A DNA stretch of 64,000 nt. Origin: Ptychomitrium polyphyllum. Its lineage: Eukaryota. The position numbers and the translations under genes are program-made. The notes below the pieces were generated by a model that was not told the DNA's origin, ran no database searches, and saw only the letters and a list, made by a program, of their open reading frames with translations. Below are positions 42,701 through 53,253 of the stretch, piece after piece (positions within the stretch are counted from its first letter, which is position 1; the number at the start of each line of letters is the position of its first letter). Where the stretch lies: positions 10,292,001 to 10,356,000 of the forward strand of contig OZ316776.1 in the NCBI GenBank assembly GCA_973851085.1, written 5' to 3'.

Positions 42701-42835
42701 CCTGCGCCCGTTTTTCGACGGAACTCGTCGTCCTGCCATGCCTGCGCCCGTTTTCCGACGGAACTCGTCGTCCTGCCATTCCTGCGCCCGTTTTCCGACG
42801 GAACTCGTCGTCCTGCCATTCCTGCGCCCTTTTCC
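42701..42835. repeat. 40-bp tandem repeat x3.4 upstream of the RabGAP gene
   Basis: cctgcgcccgttttccgacggaactcgtcgtcctgccat(g/t) at 42701, 42741 and 42781, partial copy at 42821. Confidence 0.92.
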
Positions 42836-44482
42836 ACTGAAACAAGTAAGGCAGCAGGTTTTTGTCTCAAGAGTGAAGTCTCAAGTGAAGTCCTAAGTGA
42901 AGTTTCAATTAATATGTAGAAATAAATGGGTGGAAGGACTAATATGATGGAACTATGAGGTTGCTTTTACATAAACCTAAAACCAAGTTCTTTAACAATT
43001 TAACGAACATTTACAAATCTAAAATGGAAGTGTAGAAATTCGTATGGAATATATTCATATATGATAGAACCATTCAAGAAGTAGTGAAGATGTTTACATC
43101 TACTTCTATCCTATATAAGTAAGTTTGGATCTTAATTGTATTTGGATTGTTTTATTTTAAACCAAGATTAAGGAACAATTGATTAAGAAATTCTTTAGTA
43201 TCAATTGATTATTAGAAGCAATTTGAAAACTTGATATTAAGGATATTTACACTAGTCTAAAGAATTCTAGCAGTTAGATTAGTTCTTTTGTTCATTTAGT
43301 TTCCAATTTTGAAATAAACATTGAAAATACATTATTTTCCAAACTACTTATATGATGGCAACTTTTGTAGTTTTTTATTTTATAAAGCAAATAGTTTGTC
43401 CACTATTGGAGGCAAAGAATTTGTATAAATAAATATGGCACTTTAAACTTCCTCAAAGCTAGTAATTTTTATAAATTAAACTTTTTGATTTTAAACATAA
43501 TTTATGCTTTTAATTTGAAATTATCATTTTGGTCTTAAAATAAAATTTGGATTTTTTTCCTTCTATAGATTTCTAAAAAGAAAGGTTATTATTTGAACCT
43601 TGTTATTCTTGTACAAATGTTTAAAATGTAATAATGATCAACTACTTATATCCTCGAGTTTGTCATAACTTTTGGTTCACCTTCCCATGGAGCTAAAAAT
43701 GGTTTACAATATATAATAGACTCTACAATTGATTCCTTCAATAAATTTTGAACTGAACTGGAGATGCAACATAAATCCTATCCTTACCAAAAATAAAAAA
43801 CATTAAAATTATAAAATAAAAATAATCGAGGCCCTCAACTCATGGATTGGAGCCTTGCACAAGGAGTGTGGTCATGGCCGGTTCACTGATCTTTTGAAGC
43901 TTCAACCTATTAGCAGCCAAAGGCCACAATTAGAATATTTAAACCTGGACATCTAACTTATTATCTTGGCGTTTCCTTCTAGAGTTTCCACCTACATTCG
44001 GTAATTTGTAATTTCATTTGTCTAGCTGCCGGTTCTAGCCATTCAATGCCGAAGAGGCAGCCACAGTGTGAACCCGTTCCTGGAGGGAAGAAGCTCCCGC
44101 CAAAGAGAAGCCAGGTGGCGAGGACCGCGACACCAATGTCGCGAAGCTCTGTCGCGTGGGACACAGGAAGACGGAAGAAGGAAGATGAATCTAGGCCTGC
44201 TATGTGTACAGAGCGAAAGAGAGAGAGCACGAGATTGTCACCATTCGTGCACAACCGAGTTGCTTTCACGCATATCCCAGAGCCGCAGGTGATGTGGGAA
44301 TTGGGATCTGGCACTGACGCTCTTGTTGCACCAGTCGAAGAAAGCCCTTTTCTACTCTGTATGGTTCTCCACTCCCTTGCTCATTAGGGGAGCAGTAGTG
44401 CAGTGCGCATCAAGGGCTCTTCGGAAGGGTGTGTCATGATTTGCCATTTGCAATGATGCGATGCCAGTGAGTTGTGGCCGCC

Positions 44483-46648
44483 ATGGATGCGCTCTTCCTC
44501 GCCTACCCTTCCACTCTGTCCGACGACGACGATGATGACGACGACGACCACCATGGCCAGCAGCCCCCCAAGCGCCACAAGCCCTCCCTTCCTCCTGCTC
44601 CGCCAATGCCATCGCCATTGCTGCGTCCTCCAGGTGTTCCTTCCTTGCAACCTCAGTCTTTAAATCCTCCGTGTGCACCGCTTGTGCCAGTTCTTTCTCA
44701 TCACGCGCTTCGCTCGTTTGAAGAAGTCTCGGGCAGATATGTTTCAAAGCGAGAACGTGCCGCCATGGCCGCCTCTTCACTCGCCCGTCCTCCCGCTCCT
44801 CCGCTCCAACCACCCCCTGGTTCGCTCTCGCATCCATTCCACCTTCATTGCAATCCAGCTTTCCATACTGTACATTGGGGTCTGAGTGTTTGGGACACAT
44901 TCATCTGATCACGTCTGGTTGTGCCTTGGGCAGAGCTTCTGAGTGTGCTGAATGCGAAGCTGCCTCGTCACATCCAGAGAAAATTGGACCATGCTAAGGA
45001 AAATGTTGGAGCTCGCAATCGGTGTCCCCAGGAACATGCCATGAAACTGGAGGGCCATAGTAAGGCTGTCATCGCTGTCCGGTGGTCGCCCACGCACGGT
45101 GCGTAATTTATGCATCATTTTGTTTGCTGTGTCTTTGTCCTTGACTCTTAGAATACAGTTATGGAAAAGATTGCACTTTGTGTGCATGAGTCTGCCTCTG
45201 CTAATTAGGTTTAAATTGGAAACATCGATGAGGGATCAATCTCTTTGCCTAGCAATGCCAGTGACGACCCTGTCGCTTTGTACAGGTGCGTTGCTTGCAT
45301 CAGGTGGAATGGATGGGAAAGCCTATGTTTGGAATGCATGGGAAAGTCCTGGTAACCAGATGGCTCGATGCCTCAGCTGCCACACACAAGCTCTCAAGGA
45401 TCTTCAATGGTCCTTGGATGGTACTTCGGTCCTTAGCTGTGGCTTTGACCAGACAGCAAGGCTAAGCGATGTTGAGACGGGCACCCAGACACAAGTTAGT
45501 TTCTGAATTCTTGGTGAGAGGAATTGTGTTTTTGGGAATTTCTTCGCTCTTTGTAAATAGCCACTTGATTGCTGGGGTTCAACGGTGGTTTGTTGCTCTT
45601 TGTTTCATGCGAATCTCATCTATGTGTGTATGAAATCGGAGCAGGTATTTTTAGAGAACCAAGTTGTAAATGTGGTGAGGTTTCATCCTTCTGAAGAAAA
45701 TTTGTTTATCATGGGAGGCTCAAAGGGCTCTGTCAAGCTCTGGGACATCCGATTAGGAAGCTCCGTGTGTGAGTACTCCAAATTACTTGGTCAGGTGATG
45801 GATGTCGACTTCAGTCCAGATGGAAGCAGGTTTGTCACTACATCAGATATTGCCAAACGGAACTCTAGCGACAAGTCCCTCGTGGTGTGGAACTTTGCAA
45901 AACAGATTCCTCTTTCCAACCAAGTGAGTACAGGATCCCGGTTGAATTTGAAGTTTCAAGGTCCTATTGCTGCAGTGATTGAGTTTTGTGCCCTCGCTTT
46001 TCCATGTTTGGTGTTTGATTTCCTACGTTAGTACACTAGATTATGTTGACGGTTTTGCATGCATTTGGTTCGACTTTGTGATCCGAATGAGCCGCTTACT
46101 TGAAGGGCTCTCGTGGGGAGGTTTAGTTTTTGCCAGTTTGTTGCCTAGTGTAAAATTGCAGTATATGCCTGTGGTTGAAACAGTGGTGCCTGCAAAGTCT
46201 ATGGCCAGTTTTTCCTCTTTTCTTTCTCTTTTTTTTGTTCTTCCATTTATCTGCTTAATTCTAGGCAATTTTGCAGGTCTACCTGGAGGCATATACTTGC
46301 CCAAGTGTCCGCTTCCACCCCTTCGAACAAAGTTTCATTGCCCAATCTAATGCTGATTACATTGCAGTTTTCTCGGGCCGTGCCCCCTTCAAGCTGAACA
46401 AGGTCAAGCGCTTCAAAGGTCACCAAGTTGCAGGATATCGAATCCAGTGCAATTTTAGTCCTGATGGGGAATCTGTGGTTACAGGCTCTGCAGATGGCAA
46501 TGTGTACTTTTACAATTATCGTTCTGCACAACTCATAAAAAAGTATGCATCACACGAAGGAGTCTGTAGTGATGTTGTATATCACCCGTTTCTTCCTTCA
46601 GTTGTTGCTACTTGTGGTTGGGACGGTATTGTCTCAATCTTCGAATGA
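44483..46648 (+). CDS. WD40-repeat protein, WDR25-like
   Basis: Acidic/Pro-rich N-terminus with GRYVSKRERA; intron 44820-44933 restores the frame. WD repeats: GHSKAV..VRWSP, LLASGGMDGKAYVWN, SCGFDQT, VKLWDIR, SLVVWNF, GHQVAGY..CNFSPDG, ATCGWDG. Confidence 0.88.
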
Positions 46649-47570
46649 CAATGCCCTGCCTAATCCTGGGTTTCTCAAAGAATATGGTTAACTGTATGAA
46701 AGATATTACTAAAAGTTCTTGACCTGTACAAATGGTTGTTGACACTTATACTTTGTAGCGTACACTCGATCAAATCGCTTCTCTAGTGTCAACTATGTTT
46801 TGTCAAAATTCACAATTGATACGTTTTTCTGAGATTCCATCTTCGCTGCAACTGTGATATCTTGTCAGCTTGAGAAGTAAATGCTAAGTAAGCCACCTCT
46901 TTTGGTGTCGTGCAAAATTTACAGTAGAGGGTTAACACTGTCATTGTATCTGTACATTACTTATACTACCTTACTTTCCATTTGTGCTGACGGAACAGAC
47001 TATTAGAATCTTAGGTTGTATATAAGGCAGCTAGAATGTGAACAATGGAGAGAAATTGAGAGAAAATGAGAATGTAAACAGATGAATCTTCGTGTAGGAT
47101 CAGCTCCAATATCTGACTTCCTCAAATGCCCACTGTAATGAGAGTGCCACGGTACTGAAAGCCCATTGAATGGAACCTCTGGTACCAGAAAATTAATAGG
47201 AAGTATAAGTACGAAGTAGAATGAACAGTAATGGAAATCACACTGGAATGTAGACACCTTAATCACGATACTCATTGAGATTCCTTTCTCGCTTGCTGCT
47301 CACTCAACTTGTACCTCCCGGACCTGCTTCAGTACAGCTGTGGTTTTAGGATGAATCAGTGGTCTTCTCGTAAGTTTTCATTAATTCTTTATCGCATAAG
47401 TCACGGGACAAAGTTGTCGGTATGCTGCCTTCCCGGCACGCGGACATGCTGAAGCACTCAATATTTCTGGGTACTGTCTTTAAAAAGGACACTTGCCCCG
47501 CAAGTCACAGTGCCGTCTGCATACACTTGCACTAGATACACATATCAATGCATTAGTGTTCTCCGCATGC

Positions 47571-47577
47571 TATAAAT
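47571..47577 (+). promoter_or_regulatory. Putative TATA box of the BAHD gene
   Basis: TATAAAT about 130 bp upstream of the ATG at 47702. Confidence 0.45.
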
Positions 47578-47701
47578 CCATGTTCTCGGTCGTCGGTTGC
47601 TGGACGGAAGGGCTGCCGATCTGATTCAAGTCTAATTAGTTTGTTATTTATTTTCTATCTTCTAAGCACGTAATATTGCAAGTAGTAATTAGAAATTGGG
47701 G

Positions 47702-49597
47702 ATGGAGTTCATCCTCAAGAGGCAGGAGATAGTTGTGCCATCGCCCCCTGCGCCTCCGCATGTGGTGACTCTATCCAACAATGACCAGATCATGCCGTCC
47801 TATTACACCAGCTTCCTCTACTTCTTCGCTCCGCCCTCCAATCCCCCGCAATCCGCCTCTCTCACTCAATCTCTCTCGCATGCCCTCGCCGCTTTTCCAC
47901 CCGCCGCCGGCAGGTTGAAGCCCCGAAGCAATGGAGCCGGCACGGATGTTGAGTGCCACAACCAGGGTGCTGTATTCGTGGAAGCCCATACCAACGCCAC
48001 GCTTCACCACTTGCTCACCACAGGTCCATTCCCACATTCATTCTAGTCCAACAATCGTGAGCTCAATCATTACCAGCTTGTTCCACACAATTGTTTGTCC
48101 TTAAATTTTGGTGTGTTGTCGATCTAATGTAGCATCTGCTGCAAGTAGTACTCCTATTGTAGCTAGGGCAGTTGGATCCTGCGTACAATGTTCTTCACTG
48201 AGCTGTGGAACTTGGCGTTTTAGCTAGCCGTGTCACTTCCTACACAATACTTCACGAAAATGGGCTAGGAAGAGATGATGACGAGTTGAGAGATGTGGTG
48301 TGTCGAGGGTATTGCAGGAAATGGAGATGTGCGAGGTGGAATGTATCAGCCGAGTCCTTTGTGGACAGCGCTTGCTCCAAACCCTTACGAAGAACAATCC
48401 ATCGACAAGCCTCTTCTCTACACGCAGGTGACACTCCTAGCCAGATAATTTCTCTTAAATTCATACTTGAGATCGTCTACTGGTTAGTCCATTCTGGAGC
48501 CCTAAATAGTAGAGAGGCCCGTGACATGAATGTGATTCTTACGATGGTGATGGTGGCGTTTGGCAGTTGACAAGGTTGGGTTGCGGAGGGGTGGTGGTGG
48601 CAGTGTTGTTGCACCACCTAGTGGCGGACGGCGTAGCACAAGCGCACTTCGTGGCGTCATGGGCAGAGCTGGCACGCGGGCAGCCCATCATAGCCCTACC
48701 GCACCTGGACCGCGCATGCATGAATGCTCGAACTCCGCCATGCCCCTCGTTTGAGCACCAAGAGTACACCATTCACCAAATCGCGCCTTCCTTCTCGGGT
48801 GCTGCCACAGATGAGCTGCCTCCCATGACGTCCCGCATCTTCGAATTCCTCCCGCAGGTAGTATACCCCCGCCATCCACAACCCAAAGGACCATGCCAAT
48901 ACTAATCTACATCTCCTAAAAGCAACTTCTATCGTACCTAAGCAACAGAATCGCCCACTGAAGCAATTACCACAGTAAGGGGCTCTAATCACGGTCATTA
49001 CTGCAGGATATTGCAGTGTTGAAGGAGCGAGCAAACGGGGGGGGAGACGAGTTCACAGAATTCCAGGCCCTGGCAGCGCACATCTGGAAGCATGTAACGA
49101 AAGCACGCGGAACGGAAGCGACACAGCAGATCAAGCTGGGGTGGGCAGTGGACGGCCGCAAGCGATTCAATCCGCCCTTACCTGCCAACTACTTCGGCAA
49201 CGTAAACTTCTATGGCTACGCCGAGGGGAGCGCGGACGAGGTGATGCGCGACGGCGCGGTACGCATCCGCAGCGGCACCAGGCGCGTGACGGACGAGTAC
49301 ATGCGGTCCGCTCTAGACCTGATCGCCGTGCAAGCGTCGCCCACCGTCGTCACCGCCAGCTTCGTGGGCCCTGCTGACCTGGCCATCACCAGTTGGGCCC
49401 GCTTCAAATCATACGACGTGGACTGGGGGTGGGGCCCGCCGGTCTTCTTTGCGCCTCCGCTTTATGCATTCACGGGCCTTGCAGTTTTGCTCCCTCACCC
49501 GCATGCTCTCGGCCAGGGTGTGAACGCTCTCGTTGGACTATATCAGCCGCACATGGATGCTTTACTCTCCGACGCCCATTTCTACCCGGTCCATTAA
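47702..49597 (+). CDS. BAHD acyl-CoA acyltransferase (HCT/ASFT-like), 4 exons
   Basis: Exons 47702-48023, 48318-48427, 48567-48857 and 49007-49597 join in frame. Motifs: LSHAL..FPPAAGRL, catalytic HLVAD (HxxxD), ALAAHIWK, PPLPANYFGN and DWGWG (variant of DFGWG). Confidence 0.9.
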
Positions 49598-49699
49598 ACT
49601 CGGTATTTGTGCAAACTTCTTTACTGAATCATGAATCATACATCATGTTTTGTCCTGTGACCACTTTGATATGTTTAGGGTTACGAATGAATCTTTAGG

Positions 49700-52600
49700 G
49701 GCATATTACACACAAACGGGAGGAAAGAAATTATATTATATAATCTATGGTGGTGAAATATGCCCTTTGGATGTTCTTTATTGTAAAATATGAAAGTTTA
49801 AAATGCTAGTTTTATTGGTCTATCTATAGCTTGCCACTGTTGGTTAAGTTGGTGGAATAGGATTGATAGAGGGGAAGAAGGGTTGACGGAAGTGCAAGAT
49901 TATTTTTTAATATAAAAGTATTGATTGTAATATGGATGGGATTTTTAACACTTTGAAATTGTTTCTTATAAAATGTCTTAAATAAAAGATATGGTAGGCT
50001 ATTGTTGTAAAGGTTTTATGGTGTCTTTAACTTAAAAGGCGAATTTTTTATAATTGTAAGTTGATTATGATTGTTTTTTGTAGTGTTGACAAAAATGTTA
50101 ATTTCGGATTAATATGAGGTATACATGCTTTACCAAACTTTGTGATTTTGATATTAAATCTGAATTTATGTACAAGCATTAATCACAATTTTAAATCATT
50201 TAAATATTATTTTGTAGAATTATATTCTATAAATTCTTAAATTTCATTTATAGAAAAGTTAAGTATATGAAGAAGTTTATTATTAAATCATTATATTAAA
50301 ATTAAAGTGGCTCCATTCTAATTTATCAACCAATATTCTATAAATGATTAAGATTTTTATATTATGAATTTTAAATCAATCAATATAAAGTTGCCTCAAA
50401 TTTATGTCTATTATTAATGTGCCTTGTATTGAAATGGAATTAATTTTGTTGACAAAAACATAAGTCATTTTATCATATTAAAAATAATTGATGAAAAAAT
50501 ATAAAATAGATACTAATAAACAATTGTTTCATATTCAAAATTCTTTATAAGAATATAAAGTTTATTTAATACTTCACATTCTTTCATTTTCTTGAATTAT
50601 TTTTTGAAAGAGATTAAACGAATGAATGATTGAAAGTTTATAGCTTTTAAATCAATCTATTTTAAAAGTGATGATTTTATATAATGTACAAAATTACCAA
50701 TTTTTCACCAATTAAATTTTTATAAAATCTTTATAATGAAAAATGTATTAGCTTATGTATTGATTCATTTATTACAAGTCAATATTTAAGTTTAAATCAA
50801 GTTTAAACCTATTACAAACTATATTTTTAAAATAAAAATAAAAATTCAATTTTTTTTTCAATTCTGATTTATCTTCAATAATTTTTGAACAAAAATTCTT
50901 TGAAATCTTACAGAATTAAAAATTCCTTAATCTGTTAATTTTAACAATGCATTACATATGAGTTGGAATATTGTACAATAATAACATTGTATTATTGATC
51001 TCATGTAATTATATCAATTATGAATGGTTTTGCAATAATTTATAAATTAAACTAACTTTTGTTTCACTGCTCACATTAAATTGCAAATTATCTAAATTTT
51101 ACAATTATTTTTATGTTTTTTTAATTTTATAATTTCTATTTTAAAATGCACACATATCTTCATTTTTAATAATTCTTAATTTTTCTAATGGAATGTCCAT
51201 GCATTTAAAGGTCTTGTAAGAGGATACAATATTTTACAGTACATTGGTAGTATCAAATTTATAATAAAGCATTGTATTGGATATATGGTTGTTATAGAAC
51301 ATGGCAAAATATCATTGGATATTAAAGCTAGTATTATGAGCTTTTACACGACTTGTATTTTACATAAGTCTATATTATAACTTCTTTAATTACATGCCTT
51401 ATTTACAAATTTAAATTGAATGTGCATTCTAATGGAAGTTTAAAATCATGAACTTATCTTACATGCACTCAAAATAAAGAAATTGTTTTAAGTGCACATT
51501 GTTTAATTAGAATAAGTACAAAGTAATTTAATATATATATTTTTAAAATTAATTAAAAATTAAAGTAAATAATATCAATAAAATGAAATTATTGAAGTCA
51601 AATGGTTTACTAATTTTGTTAATTATGCATGTATCATAAAATCATATATTCTTTCACATTGTATTATGTATAAATCCATGTTTAATTGAATTTTCCATTA
51701 TTTTCTTATTATATTTGAATTATTTAATATCTTCAATCATTATATATATATATACATATTCATACATAAATATTTTCAAGATATAGTCACCTTTATGAAT
51801 AAAATGTCTGTTGCATTGAAGCTTTTTATATCATAAACTCTCATTTTGCACATTTATGCTTATACATTTATATAGGCTATATTTTTATATATTTGTTTAT
51901 TTTTATACTATTAAATGTTTCAAAAATAATATAGATTTATTTCTTTAAGAAATTTAATCATTCATGGTACTTGAAGTTGGCAATTTTTGATAAAAAATTA
52001 TTATGAGTTAATACCATTTATTTATAAAGGCACCCATAAACTTGGTCGTCAAAAGAATTAATTCATTTTGATGATACATCTTATTATGAAGATTGAAGAC
52101 AACAAAAAATAACACATATTATCTTTTTCAATAATTCTTTATGAATATAGTATATTGATTTATTTTTATGTTACTAACATCCATTCAAACTAATGGTACT
52201 CTATTATATGATATAGTATTATTGATATTTTACTAAATTTTATTTAATTTGTTGAAAATATTCATATTCAACTACTTGACTCCATTTTTTTGAAAAAATA
52301 CTCAATTGTTCATTTGCTATATATAAAATAGAAGTACTTATTATTCATATTTTAATTTCCTTTCTGCATTTGCATCCACAATTTGTGAAAATACATATTT
52401 GTTTGAAACACAATTAGAAAAAACACTTAATATAATTTTTAAAAGAAATTGTTTAATCCATTTTATTATATTTTTTGCAAACAATAAGGACCATTTTAGT
52501 TTATTTTTTATAAACAATGAGGTCATTGTACATTATATTTCTACCATTTGCATTTAATAATAAGAAAAGACAAGAATTAATGATTTATTTTAATACTATT

Positions 52601-52930
52601 TGTATGTATTACATTATTATTATTATTTATCAATCATTATCATTATCAAATTTAATCACAATATGGTAAAGTTAATAAAATTCTAATGAAAAATCATGAT
52701 AAACAACTAATTTCCACTTGAGTATCACTCAATTTCATTAAGGGATGTGCAAATTAGAACAATTCAAAATCAATAACAATTATAAAACCAACATACAAAT
52801 TCTTTCCAAACTCAACATATAAACTACAATTTAAATAATTTACTTTGAAATTTAATATCAATAGTGGATGATTTTGGACTATTTCAAAAAGCATCAAACA
52901 CAAAGCAAGCCTATATATTGATTTAAGGTC
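49700..52930. other. AT-rich, CpG-depleted intergenic block
   Basis: About 3.2 kb with A/T runs and almost no CG; abrupt switch to a GC-rich promoter at about 52980. Confidence 0.7.
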
Positions 52931-52995
52931 AACCTAACCTCGAGATATACTCGTACTCATGCATACACATACATACTGTAAGAAAAGCCACGCTT

Positions 52996-53031
52996 GTCCA
53001 CGTCAGCGTCCACGTCAGGGTCCACGTCGGC
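52996..53031. promoter_or_regulatory. Triple ACGT-core (bZIP-type CCACGTC) 12-bp tandem in the EFM4 promoter
   Basis: gtccacgtcagc / gtccacgtcagg / gtccacgtcggc. Confidence 0.6.
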
Positions 53032-53107
53032 ATGGCCTGACTCGGGTGCACTGGCCTGGCCGTTGTCGTCTTCCCCCTTCCGCTGGCTTGGGAGCGTCTG
53101 CCCTGTC

Positions 53108-53164
53108 TGCATTAGGGTTTGACATCTCGTGCATTAGGGTTTGGCATCTCGTGCGTTAGGGTTT
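53108..53164. promoter_or_regulatory. Triple telo-box (TAGGGTTT = AAACCCTA) within a 22-bp tandem repeat
   Basis: tgcattagggtttgacatctcg / tgcattagggtttggcatctcg / tgcgttagggttt, 90-145 bp upstream of the EFM4 ATG. Confidence 0.7.
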
Positions 53165-53253
53165 GCTGTCCCCTGCCTTCGCCCTTCGCCCGCACCAGAG
53201 CTGCCTACGCTGCTGTCGTTGCCATCGCCGTCGCCCTTGCGCTCCACAAGGGG

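Noticed and set aside
42701..42835. CRISPR-like repeat array
   Set aside because: Units are head-to-tail with no unique spacers, there are no cas genes, and the context is eukaryotic.
44046..44387. 113-aa ORF upstream of the WD40 gene
   Set aside because: No recognisable domain, and it lies in GC-rich promoter sequence where chance ORFs are common.
44474..45106. Apparent stop and restart in the WD40 gene
   Set aside because: Resolved by the GT-AG intron 44820-44933.
47696..48046. Apparent premature stop in the BAHD gene (pseudogene)
   Set aside because: The stop lies inside intron 48024-48317; the spliced frame is intact.
53108..53164. Interstitial telomere
   Set aside because: Single TTAGGGTTT units separated by spacers, not a (TTTAGGG)n tract; this fits telo-boxes.
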